Assembly: GCA_045541505.1 (NCBI GenBank)
Contig: JAZQJF010000003.1
Span: 8,237 to 72,236 of the forward strand
From: Acutalibacteraceae bacterium
Lineage (GTDB): Bacteria > Bacillota > Clostridia > Oscillospirales > Acutalibacteraceae
DNA: 64,000 nt
Direction of reading: 5' to 3'
The notes below the pieces were generated by a model. That model worked only from the letters and a program-made list of their open reading frames with translations. It made no database searches and was not told the DNA's origin. Position 1 is the stretch's first letter. Each line of letters starts with the position of its first letter. Below are positions 1-9,256 of the stretch, in pieces. Both the position numbers and the translations under genes were made by a program.

Positions 1-1
1 T

Positions 2-1702
2 GACGATTGGGGCAAGATTTACGCAATCGGCTCTTATCATACCGCTGACAACTATGACGGCGATTATACAGGCCCTCTTTATTGTGAGCTTTTTGTGGAT
101 GATATAAGACAGACCGTTGCAAGATATCCCGATAATGATTATCTTTATACCGAAGAGGTTGTTAAAACAGGCTTGGGTAAAGAATCCGACGGTGCGCTTA
201 CAGAGGTTAAGGATTGGTATGAAATCCGCAACCCCGAACCTGATGTTTACAAAGTCAACCCTGAGCTTGCAAAAAGAATTTCAGGCTGGAAAAACCTTGA
301 AAATGTGTGGATGTTCGGATATTGGAAATATGACTGGGCAGATGCTTCAACTCCCATAGCAAGTTTTGATAAAGACACCGGTGAGATTACCCCCAGGTTC
401 GTTAGTCTTTACGGCACAAAGACCGATGCACCGTATTATTTTTTCAATGTTCTTGAAGAGCTTTCTTCACCCGGAGAATGGTATCTCGACAGAGAAAACG
501 GTTTGCTTTGTATGTGGGAGCCTGAAAACAAAGATAATGCAGAAATCACTCTTTCTCTCTCACTTGACCCTGTAATAAATTCTCAGGCCGATTTCATCAC
601 CTTTGACGGATTAACCGTAAAAGGAACACGAAGTGACGGCGTAGTTATAACAGGCAATAACAATACTGTTCAGAATTGTCTTATCAAAAATGTTGCAGGT
701 AATGCTCTTGTTATGAACGGAAGCAACAATCTTGCATATAACAACGAAATCACCCGTACCGGAAAGGGAGGAATTATTATTTCCGGCGGCGATACAGAAA
801 CTCTTACTCCCGGTAACAGCAAGGCTGACAACAATTACATCCACGATTGGTCGGAAATTTACCAGACCTATCCGCCTGCCGTTACTCTTGAAGGTGTTGG
901 AAATATCTGTTCTCACAACGAAATGGAAAACTCTCCTCACGAAGCAATTACTTACAAAGGCAACAATCACATTATTGAATATAATCTTATCCACGATGTG
1001 TGCCTTCTTTCAGATGATGCGGGTGCAATTTATTCGGGAAGAAGCTGGGTGTGGTACGGCAATGTTGTAAGATACAACTGTATTTATAACGTCGGTTCGG
1101 AAAATCACAGACCCGACGGTATTTATCTTGATGATGCGGTTTCAGGTCATCAGATTTACGGAAATCTTCTTATTAATATTCCCAGTAACTCAATTCACGT
1201 CGGCGGCGGCAGAGACAATGTTATAACCAATAATATCATCGTGAATCCCGGCAACAATGCCTTGAGATTTGATGACAGAGCAAGAGAAGGTGCTCTTGAA
1301 AACGGGTGGTTTACTCACGCTTACGTCGGCAGTGGTGATATGTGGGAAGCACTGTATAATTCACCCTGGCAGAGTGAAACCTGGCAAAATGCATTCCCCG
1401 AATACAAGAACTGCACAGACGATATTTCAGAATCAGATTCGCCCGCTTATATTCCCAACCCTGCAAGCACCTTCAAAAATAATATTATCATTAATAAAAA
1501 TATGGGCTATGGTGAAGTTTACAGTTCTGTTTGGAAGTTCAGCGATATAAGCGAAAATGGAATTTATAATGTAGGCAAATGTGATGAAATATTTGTGGAT
1601 ATTGATAACGGAGATTATAATATCAAAGATATTGATGAAATCAGAAAAGCTGCACCTGATTTTGAAGAAATCCCTCTTGATATGATAGGCAGAGTAAAAT
1701 GA
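2..1702 (+). CDS. right-handed parallel beta-helix (pectin-lyase fold) protein, probable glycan-active enzyme; 5' end lies outside the window
   Basis: The frame is open from nt 2, with no stop before the listed start at 95, so the gene is truncated by the window edge. It has repeated beta-helix turns (GNNNTVQNCLIKNVAGNALVMNGSNNLAYNNEI, NNHIIEYNLIHD, GNVVRYNCIYN). Confidence 0.75.
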   Translation, partial: DDWGKIYAIGSYHTADNYDGDYTGPLYCELFVDDIRQTVARYPDNDYLYTEEVVKTGLGKESDGALTEVKDWYEIRNPEPDVYKVNPELAKRISGWKNLENVWMFGYWKYDWADASTPIASFDKDTGEITPRFVSLYGTKTDAPYYFFNVLEELSSPGEWYLDRENGLLCMWEPENKDNAEITLSLSLDPVINSQADFITFDGLTVKGTRSDGVVITGNNNTVQNCLIKNVAGNALVMNGSNNLAYNNEITRTGKGGIIISGGDTETLTPGNSKADNNYIHDWSEIYQTYPPAVTLEGVGNICSHNEMENSPHEAITYKGNNHIIEYNLIHDVCLLSDDAGAIYSGRSWVWYGNVVRYNCIYNVGSENHRPDGIYLDDAVSGHQIYGNLLINIPSNSIHVGGGRDNVITNNIIVNPGNNALRFDDRAREGALENGWFTHAYVGSGDMWEALYNSPWQSETWQNAFPEYKNCTDDISESDSPAYIPNPASTFKNNIIINKNMGYGEVYSSVWKFSDISENGIYNVGKCDEIFVDIDNGDYNIKDIDEIRKAAPDFEEIPLDMIGRVK

Positions 1703-1766
1703 ATATTTACATTTTGTTGAACTGTTTTAACTTTGACAAAACAAACTATTAGGAGAAGTTGATTTT

Positions 1767-2168
1767 ATGGGATTTTTTGATTTCTTTAAAAACAAGAAAG
1801 TTGAATTGACTAAAGAACAAATAAAACTGAATAAACTGTGGGAATTGTGGGCCGAAGACAAAGTAGCTTCACCCTACTCAGAGCTAATGACTTATCAAAA
1901 AGGAATTAAAAACGGTGGTCATTATCAGTATTTCGCAAAAATTGAAAATGTGAGTGACATACAAAAAGAAATGTCACAACTTGAAAAAATTTTACCATCG
2001 TTTTTAATAGCTAATTTACGAGTAGCACACTATGCATATGTTAAATTTAAAGAGAATAATAATGATAAATACTCTGAAAGAAATTTACTGCGGTGTGATA
2101 ATGATTTTTTTCATAACGAAGAAATAGTTAATAACATATTAGAAACGTATGCTTGTGAAATTGAATGA
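1767..2168 (+). CDS. small hypothetical protein, DUF4375/DMP19-like (weak call)
   Basis: An AGGAGA RBS lies 10 nt upstream of the ATG. The 133-aa protein contains NGGHYQYF, which resembles the NGGxxQ(Y/F)F signature I recall for DUF4375/DMP19. Confidence 0.5.
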   Translation: MGFFDFFKNKKVELTKEQIKLNKLWELWAEDKVASPYSELMTYQKGIKNGGHYQYFAKIENVSDIQKEMSQLEKILPSFLIANLRVAHYAYVKFKENNNDKYSERNLLRCDNDFFHNEEIVNNILETYACEIE

Positions 2169-2343
2169 ACCTATTAATTTTTATATGGTTCTAAAGCGGT
2201 GTACCGCAAAGCTCTGAGGACAGAAGTTCTCGTGGCGCGCTTCTTATTTATCACTTCTTAATATCCCCTCTTAAAATCTCGGATGTTTTTTTGAAAAGCA
2301 ATAAGAAAGAATGAATAAACATACAGCTTTACACCCGGTCCGC

Positions 2344-2372
2344 TTGTAAATTCAGATTAAGCGTGATATAAT
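2344..2372 (+). promoter_or_regulatory. sigma-A type promoter (TTGTAA, 17 nt spacer, TGaTATAAT)
   Basis: TTGTAA at 2344-2349, a 17-nt spacer, and TATAAT at 2367-2372 with an upstream TG. It sits about 60 nt before the 2433 start. Confidence 0.5.
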
Positions 2373-2432
2373 TAATTTTGCAAATAGCAATTTTAATTAT
2401 AAATTTTTACGTAAAGAACAGGAGAAAAGCCT

Positions 2433-4073
2433 ATGCAAGCTACCATAAAATTTTTCTTTACATTTTTTACAACTATTTCAATTTTTTGTTCAAATCTTCT
2501 CTTCCCTCCCCTCGTCTGCCCCGAGAGCGAAAATTTTGATTTTTCTTTTCTCGAATATCCGGAAGAGGCAATTATTACCCTTGAAGAAGCAGGACTCACC
2601 GAGCAGGAACTTGTGGGCAGAGCCTCTGCAGAGCTTCCTGAATATGTTCAGTCAGGCGGATATGAGGATATAAACGGAATCACGATTTCGCCTTATTACA
2701 CCGCAAAGGTAAGCGGAGAGGACATCCCTGTTTACGCTTCAGTAGTTTTTATACGTGTTGACGATACAGGTACTCTTCACTCTTTCTCTGAAATTTATGT
2801 TGATTCAAGTGAGGAGTTTTCATTTAACATTGAGATAACAGGCGCTGACGTTACACTTAAAAACGCAATTGTATTACCCGAATCTCACGGTGTAAAGGCA
2901 CAGTGTGAAGATAACACGGTAACTGCGTCAATCAATAAAACCGGAATATATACTTTCCTTTTTAATGATGCAAATCAATATTACGGCTACACTCTTATGG
3001 TTCGCGAAAAGGTTGACGAAGATAAAGAAATTGCACAATATATCGCAGAATACGGCGAAGATAACGTTATAATTCTTGATAAAGGCATTTATGAATACGA
3101 TTATGTGAATTTTGTTTCACAAAATAATCTTGTAATTTATCTTCGCGAAGGTGCTTACGTAATTGCAAATCATCTTTATGATATTGACTGCGCTGAAGAT
3201 GAAAACAAATATTGGGAACCAACTGCACCGGGAGATAATTCTATAGGTCTTACAAGATACCCATTTCTTAATTTTTACAACTGCAGCAACATAACCCTTG
3301 CAGGCAGAGGTGTAATAGATATGACCCGTCTTGACAGGCGTGAAAGACGCGGTGTTGTTTTCACAAACTGCAATAACGTGACTCTCAGAGATGTAAAAAT
3401 CATCAACTCACCTGAATGGTCATTTATCTCCTACTGCTGCACTAATGTCAATATTGACAACGTTGACATAATCGGCAACCGCGGTAACTGTGACGGTTTT
3501 GCAATCTGCAACAGCCATAATGTAACTGTTGATAACTGCTTTGCAAGAGTGGCTGATGACACATTCGAGGTAAAGGCTCTCGGCGGTACTATGGACAGCA
3601 AAAACATCACATTTACAAATTGCATCGCCTGGGGCGGATATGCAAGATGCTTTGGCATTACCGGTGAAGTAAACAAGATGATTTCAGACGTCACATTCCG
3701 TGACTGCGCCGTAGTTTACCGTGACGGAATATGGGATAACGACAGAATAGGTTCGCTTGTTGTCGTAGCAGAACAGACTGATGGCGGTATTGACGGAATC
3801 GTTTTTGAAAATATCGAAATATTCCGTGATGAAGGCAGACCGATTCTCGTAAAGATTTATGATGAAGAAGCAGAAAATTTTGAAATTAAAAATGTAGTAT
3901 TCAGAAACATCTCTTACACTTCATATATGAAACCGAAAATTGCAGGTACTGACAGCAAAACAAATACGGTTCAGGTTGAGCTTGATGGCATAACTGTCCA
4001 CGGAAAAGAACTGCTGTTCCCGAAAACGAGATTTATCATCGGCAGGCATTGTGATGTGACTTCAAATTTTTAA
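2433..4073 (+). CDS. secreted pectin-lyase-fold glycoside hydrolase (GH28-like)
   Basis: AGGAGA RBS and a hydrophobic N-terminal signal-like segment. Beta-helix repeats with GH28-like motifs are present (NCSNITLAGRG, GNCDGFAICNSHNVTVDNCFARVADDTFEVKA). Confidence 0.7.
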   Translation: MQATIKFFFTFFTTISIFCSNLLFPPLVCPESENFDFSFLEYPEEAIITLEEAGLTEQELVGRASAELPEYVQSGGYEDINGITISPYYTAKVSGEDIPVYASVVFIRVDDTGTLHSFSEIYVDSSEEFSFNIEITGADVTLKNAIVLPESHGVKAQCEDNTVTASINKTGIYTFLFNDANQYYGYTLMVREKVDEDKEIAQYIAEYGEDNVIILDKGIYEYDYVNFVSQNNLVIYLREGAYVIANHLYDIDCAEDENKYWEPTAPGDNSIGLTRYPFLNFYNCSNITLAGRGVIDMTRLDRRERRGVVFTNCNNVTLRDVKIINSPEWSFISYCCTNVNIDNVDIIGNRGNCDGFAICNSHNVTVDNCFARVADDTFEVKALGGTMDSKNITFTNCIAWGGYARCFGITGEVNKMISDVTFRDCAVVYRDGIWDNDRIGSLVVVAEQTDGGIDGIVFENIEIFRDEGRPILVKIYDEEAENFEIKNVVFRNISYTSYMKPKIAGTDSKTNTVQVELDGITVHGKELLFPKTRFIIGRHCDVTSNF

Positions 4074-4111
4074 ATAACTGTTTAGTTTTTTGTAGAAATC
4101 AGCAATTTAAC

Positions 4112-4146
4112 AAAAATCCGTACACTCATGTGTACGGATTTTTTTA
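4112..4146 (+). terminator. Rho-independent terminator
   Basis: Stem ATCCGTACA (4116-4124) pairs with TGTACGGAT (4131-4139), followed by a T run. Confidence 0.75.
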
Positions 4147-4191
4147 GTATATTAACTGTAAAAAGTCAAAGCAGAATATATTCTCACACAA

Positions 4192-4220
4192 TTGTAAATT
4201 CAGACTAAATATGATATAAT
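4192..4220 (+). promoter_or_regulatory. sigma-A type promoter (TTGTAA, 17 nt spacer, TGaTATAAT)
   Basis: TTGTAA at 4192-4197, a 17-nt spacer, and TATAAT at 4215-4220. It is near-identical to the promoter at 2344-2372 through the first part of the spacer. Confidence 0.5.
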
Positions 4221-4253
4221 TCATCATAAACATTTAACTTTTGGAGATTCATT

Positions 4254-5435
4254 ATGGCAAGTTTACTTTTAATCATTATTTATGTTGCTTTTATAGGTCT
4301 TGGTGTCCCCGATTCGCTTATCGGTTCAGCCTGGCCTGCAATTCATACAGAACTCGGTATTCCTGTTGAAATGGTAAGTATTCTCACTTTTTTAGTTTCA
4401 GGCTGTACGGTGCTCTCGAGCATGTTCAGTACAAGAATTCTCAACAAATTAGGCACTGCAAAGGTTACAGCTTTCAGCACTGCTATGACCGCTCTTTCTT
4501 TGCTTGGTTTTTCACTGGTTCCATCGTTTTTCTTTATGATACCGTTAGCCGTTGTATTGGGTCTTGGCGCCGGTGCAATTGACTCGGGCCTCAATAATTA
4601 TGTCGCTCTTCACTGTAAAGCAAGTCATATGAATTTTCTTCACTGCTTTTACGGTGTTGGTGTATCATTAAGTCCTTACATTATGTCACAAGCTTTCAGT
4701 AATGTTGGTTGGCGCGGCGGTTATCGCTATGCTTTTTATGTTCAGTTAGCTATTGCGTTGTTACTTATTTTTTCTATTCCGTTATGGAAAAAGAATTCTT
4801 CAGCACAAGAAGCAGATGAAGAAATCGGTGTAACCCTTTCAATTGCTGAAATGATAAAAAGATCAGAGGTTAGACAAGTATGGATAATTATGCTTATGAC
4901 TAATGCAATTGAGTATGCTTGCGGAGTATGGGGAAGCACCTATTTAGTTGAGGAAAAAGGATTTAAAATTGAACACGGTGCACTTGCTCTTACCATTTAT
5001 TATGTCGGAATGTCAATAGGACGTTTTGCTTCAGGTTTGCTTGCAAACAAAATTAAAACCTGGAAGCGCATTTTTATTGGTTGCATAATTCTTGCACCGG
5101 CAATCGTTATTATGCTTCTTCCTTTAGGCAACATTTTTGCAGTTGTCGGCTTATTCCTTATTGGACTCGGTAACGGTTCCATTTACCCAAATATGATACA
5201 TTTAACTCCACACAATTTTGGCAAAGAAGTGTCACAGTCAATTATGGGCTCACAAATTGCTTTTGCATATATCGGCGTTATGCTGGCTCCACCTATGGTA
5301 AGTTTAATAAGCGGTGTGTTGGGAATTAAAGTTTACCCAATTTTACTTGCATTGCTTTATGCAGCAATGGTCGTAACTCTTAAATGTTTTGTAAATCGTT
5401 TAAAAAAACAAGGCAGATATACTAAGGATGTTTAA
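4254..5435 (+). CDS. MFS transporter
   Basis: 393 aa with about 12 hydrophobic segments in the typical 6+6 organisation and a central charged loop. A GGAG RBS precedes the start. Confidence 0.85.
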   Translation: MASLLLIIIYVAFIGLGVPDSLIGSAWPAIHTELGIPVEMVSILTFLVSGCTVLSSMFSTRILNKLGTAKVTAFSTAMTALSLLGFSLVPSFFFMIPLAVVLGLGAGAIDSGLNNYVALHCKASHMNFLHCFYGVGVSLSPYIMSQAFSNVGWRGGYRYAFYVQLAIALLLIFSIPLWKKNSSAQEADEEIGVTLSIAEMIKRSEVRQVWIIMLMTNAIEYACGVWGSTYLVEEKGFKIEHGALALTIYYVGMSIGRFASGLLANKIKTWKRIFIGCIILAPAIVIMLLPLGNIFAVVGLFLIGLGNGSIYPNMIHLTPHNFGKEVSQSIMGSQIAFAYIGVMLAPPMVSLISGVLGIKVYPILLALLYAAMVVTLKCFVNRLKKQGRYTKDV

Positions 5436-5436
5436 A

Positions 5437-7722
5437 ATGAAAAGCAACGATATTTTCAATATAAATAGTTTTATTACTCCGGATGTTTCATTTGCGCCCG
5501 TATATGTATGGGTGTGGAATGATGTTTGCACAAAAAACATTATAGACACTCAGCTGAACGAAATGCAGAATCTCGGTATAAGAGCATTTTATATTCTTCC
5601 TGAACCGAAAGATTTTCGTCCCGACAGAATGCCTACAAATCTGACTCCCGATTACCTTACAGATGAATTTTTTGAGCTGTGTGAATATGCAATCAAGCAA
5701 GGAAAATCATTGGGAATGAACTGCTGGATTTATGATGAAGGCGGCTGGCCATCCGGCAGCGCTTGCAGTAAAGTAACAAGGGATCATCCTGAGTATTCGG
5801 TGAAAAATTCCCGTTATCCCGATTTGCTTAACAAAAAGGCAACAGAATATTTTATAGAAATCACTCACGAAAAATATGCTTCTGCGATAGGTGAAAATTT
5901 CAAAGATTATGTTACTGCAGTATTCACCGATGAACCCAAAGCACCGTTTGCTGCTTCTAACAAAGAGTTACAAGACAAATTTAAAGAACTCTATGGGAAA
6001 TCAATATCAGATTATCTTCCGTTAATCAAAGGTGAAATTATTCCTACAGAAGAAAACGTTCACATATTGCGTCAATGGTATGATTTATGCAGCCACGCAT
6101 TCTGTGAGAACTTCCTTTTGCCCTGCAAAAAGTGGGCAAATGATAAAGGGATAGCTCTTACAGGGCATCTCGATGTTGACCACAGTCCTGACGGTTGTGT
6201 GAATGGCGGATATAACTATAATCTTATGCGAGCTCTCAGGTGCTTTGATATTCCTGGTGTAGATTTTATATGGCGTCAGGTTTACCCTGAAAACAGAGTA
6301 ACTGATAAAAATGATTTCAATGCATATAACGGTTTTTTCCCGAGATATGCTTCATCAGCTGCAGCACAAAATGGCACAAGGTTTGCTTTATGTGAAATTT
6401 TTGGTGTAGCGGGTGCAAGCGTTACATACGATGTAATGCGTTATACAGTAGGCTACGGTGCAGTGCGAGGAATAAATATTTTTAATCCGTTTAATTTTCC
6501 TCTGGGCAGAAGCGGTCAGCTTCTTGCTCAGGAGTTGCCTGTATTCACTCAAAAACAACCGTTTTGCCGATACCTCAGCGTCTTTAACAAATATATGGAA
6601 AGATTGTCTTACATAAGTTCACTTGGTGAGCGTGTATATGACGCCGCCCTTTATTACCCTGTTTCTGATTTTCAGGGAGGTTTAAATGCAGAAAAGTCAG
6701 CTAAAGAGTTTGACACTCTCGGAAGAACTCTTGAAAATATGTTAGTCGATTTTGATATTATAGACGATGATATTATACAAATGTCTGAAATCACAGATAA
6801 CGGATATATGTGCATCGGCAGTGCTGAATATAAACATATAATCATTCCGGAAGATGCATACATTCCCGAAGCAACACAAATTGCGTTAGATAAATTTATA
6901 AAACGGGGCGGTAATGTTTCGCACAAGCTTTCTAATCTCACTCCTGTAGTAAAAGCAGACGGCAATGAATTACGTGCTATGCACAGGAAAATTGCAAACG
7001 GAGATTTATTAATTCTCTTCAGAGAAACAGGAGAAGACGGTAATTACAATATTCAATTACCATCGGCAAATGCCTATTTGCTTGACTTAACTGATGGTAA
7101 GTTGCAACATGCCGAAACCGAAAACGGTGTTCTGAAAATTTCTCTTGCCATAGGTGAAACTGCTGTTATTTTATTAACCGATGATGTTTTCCAAACAGAA
7201 AGCCACAACAATTATAAAGATAAAATTAATATCAACAGTGACTTTATGTTCAAAAGAGAAGCAGAGCTTGTATGCGATAAAAACGGATTCAATAAAATTA
7301 AACACTCAGAAAATGCTGTTTCCATACGCCTTGGCGACTGGTCTTTGGTTGTTGGCAGTGCGTATTCCGGCAGCGGTATTTATGAAACAAGCTTTACACT
7401 TCCAACTGAGAAAATCAGTAAAAAAGGTGAGCTTGATTTAGGTGATGTGCATTTTGCAGCATCAGCATATCTTAACGGGCATTTACTTGGTGTAAGTTTA
7501 GCATCGCCATATAAGTTTAAAATACCCGATGGTATAATCAGTGAAAATAATACGCTGAAAATAGTTGTAACCAACACATCGGCAAACTGGTATGTAAATA
7601 CTAATTACTTTAAAAAGTGGAAAACTGAAGAATTATCTGAGTATTTTGATGGTGAAATTGAATATGCAAAAGATTTTCTCTCAGGCGGGTTGTATGGCCC
7701 TGTTACGCTTTACACAGAATGA
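5437..7722 (+). CDS. glycoside hydrolase (GH106-like / jelly-roll glycosyl hydrolase family; family assignment tentative)
   Basis: I chose the ATG at 5437 because AAGGA lies 10 nt upstream; the ATG at 5428 has no spacer. The N-terminal FAPVYVWVWND...LGIRAFYILPEP...WIYDEGGWPSG signature recalls rhamnosidase-related hydrolases, and the C-terminus has a sugar-binding-like beta domain. Confidence 0.7.
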   Translation: MKSNDIFNINSFITPDVSFAPVYVWVWNDVCTKNIIDTQLNEMQNLGIRAFYILPEPKDFRPDRMPTNLTPDYLTDEFFELCEYAIKQGKSLGMNCWIYDEGGWPSGSACSKVTRDHPEYSVKNSRYPDLLNKKATEYFIEITHEKYASAIGENFKDYVTAVFTDEPKAPFAASNKELQDKFKELYGKSISDYLPLIKGEIIPTEENVHILRQWYDLCSHAFCENFLLPCKKWANDKGIALTGHLDVDHSPDGCVNGGYNYNLMRALRCFDIPGVDFIWRQVYPENRVTDKNDFNAYNGFFPRYASSAAAQNGTRFALCEIFGVAGASVTYDVMRYTVGYGAVRGINIFNPFNFPLGRSGQLLAQELPVFTQKQPFCRYLSVFNKYMERLSYISSLGERVYDAALYYPVSDFQGGLNAEKSAKEFDTLGRTLENMLVDFDIIDDDIIQMSEITDNGYMCIGSAEYKHIIIPEDAYIPEATQIALDKFIKRGGNVSHKLSNLTPVVKADGNELRAMHRKIANGDLLILFRETGEDGNYNIQLPSANAYLLDLTDGKLQHAETENGVLKISLAIGETAVILLTDDVFQTESHNNYKDKININSDFMFKREAELVCDKNGFNKIKHSENAVSIRLGDWSLVVGSAYSGSGIYETSFTLPTEKISKKGELDLGDVHFAASAYLNGHLLGVSLASPYKFKIPDGIISENNTLKIVVTNTSANWYVNTNYFKKWKTEELSEYFDGEIEYAKDFLSGGLYGPVTLYTE

Positions 7723-7779
7723 TGAAGATTCTGAAATACAATAATTTTATTTCAGTGATGATATAAAGGAGAATGAGCC

Positions 7780-8031
7780 TTGGACAATTATAAACAGCGC
7801 ATAAAAAATTGCATTGATCATTTGAATTCTATTCGCTTCCCTTGTGAAGATTGGAAGGAAGACAAAGTATATTTCGATAATTTAGAAAAAGAATTCTCTG
7901 AAGATGCAACTGACGAAGAAGAAAAATCACTTCTTCAGGAATTGAGAGAACTGATTTATGAAAAAAGAGTTTCCAGTTTAAATATGAATAAAACAACAGA
8001 GGAATTGTTCGCCGGCTGGAATGATGACTAA
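7780..8031 (+). CDS. small acidic hypothetical protein (83 aa)
   Basis: A TTG start lies 7 nt after a strong AAGGAGA RBS. The protein is acidic and predicted helical, with no family recognised. Confidence 0.5.
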   Translation: MDNYKQRIKNCIDHLNSIRFPCEDWKEDKVYFDNLEKEFSEDATDEEEKSLLQELRELIYEKRVSSLNMNKTTEELFAGWNDD

Positions 8032-8054
8032 AATTTTCTGAGGGTGAAAACAGT

Positions 8055-9203
8055 ATGAAAAAAAAGAAAAAGTTACTATGGCAGCAAATAACCGGGATAA
8101 CGTTTTTACTTGTGCTCGGTATGATTTGCGGTTTTGCACTGAATAATAACCTTGACAAATTCACGCCCGATACACCATTGCATCACAGGCTTCTGATTTT
8201 CGCAGGGCAACTTCTTTGTATGTATATTGCATTGCTGTTCCATATGATAATTCACGAAACAGGTCACCTTATATTCGGTTTGATTTCAGGATATAAATTC
8301 AGCTCATTTCGCATTGCATCTTTTATGCTGGTAAAGGATAACGGAAAGCTACGCCTTAAACGATTCAGCATATCAGGAACAGGCGGCCAGTGTCTTATGA
8401 CTCCGCCTGATTTAAAAGACGGTAAAATACCTTTTGTTTTATATAATCTCGGCGGTTCTGTTTTCAATGTAATTATCAGCACTTTATTCTTAGGTATTTA
8501 TTTTCTTTGTGCAGACATCCCCTATCTTTCATCAATTCTTCTCATATTTACTGCTATCGGATTTGTGTCTGCTATGACCAACGGAATACCAATGAGGCTC
8601 GGAACGGTTGATAATGACGGTTATAATACTGTTGCTTTATCAGGCAACAAAGCTGCAGTTGAAGCATTTTGGGTTCAGCTTAAGGTTGTTGAGCAAAGCT
8701 CAAAAGGAGTTTGTATCAAAGATATGCCTGCAGAGTGGTTTACCGTGCCGTCAGATGAAGAATTAAAAAACAGTATGATTGCCGTCCGCGGAGTTTTTGC
8801 CTGCAACAGACTTATGGAGCAGAAAAGATTTGAAGATGCAGATAAACTTATGTCACATATACTTGAAATTGAGAGCGGTATGGTAGGGCTGCACCGCAGT
8901 CTGATGATATGCGACAGAATTTTTGTTGAGCTGACGGGAAAAAACCGATTGGAAGTCATACAAAATATGCTTACTAAAGAGCAGAATAAATTTATGAAAT
9001 CAATGAAACGTTATCCGACTGTGCTTCGCACTCAATACTCCATTGCCTTGCTTTACGAAAACGATACCGCTAAAGCAGAAAGAATAAAAAAGGAATTTGA
9101 TAATTGTGCGAAATCTTATCCGTATCCCCACGAGACTGATACAGAAAGAGAATTAATGGAAATTGCAGAAAGTAAATTCACATCCCTCTCACCTGCTCAC
9201 TGA
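8055..9203 (+). CDS. membrane-embedded M50 (site-2-protease-like) zinc metallopeptidase with a helical-repeat C-terminal domain
   Basis: HETGH lies inside a TM helix, a second NGIPMRLGTVDNDG motif (NxxPxxxxDG type) follows, there are about 4 TM segments, and the C-terminal ~180 aa are soluble and helical. Confidence 0.7.
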   Translation: MKKKKKLLWQQITGITFLLVLGMICGFALNNNLDKFTPDTPLHHRLLIFAGQLLCMYIALLFHMIIHETGHLIFGLISGYKFSSFRIASFMLVKDNGKLRLKRFSISGTGGQCLMTPPDLKDGKIPFVLYNLGGSVFNVIISTLFLGIYFLCADIPYLSSILLIFTAIGFVSAMTNGIPMRLGTVDNDGYNTVALSGNKAAVEAFWVQLKVVEQSSKGVCIKDMPAEWFTVPSDEELKNSMIAVRGVFACNRLMEQKRFEDADKLMSHILEIESGMVGLHRSLMICDRIFVELTGKNRLEVIQNMLTKEQNKFMKSMKRYPTVLRTQYSIALLYENDTAKAERIKKEFDNCAKSYPYPHETDTERELMEIAESKFTSLSPAH

Positions 9204-9216
9204 AAATATTGATAAA

Positions 9217-9250
9217 CAAAAATCCCGAACATTAAAGTTCGGGATTTTCT
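9217..9250. terminator. bidirectional Rho-independent terminator
   Basis: AATCCCGAAC (9221-9230) pairs with GTTCGGGATT (9237-9246), flanked by an A run and a T run. It lies between convergent genes. Confidence 0.7.
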
Positions 9251-9256
9251 GTTTAA

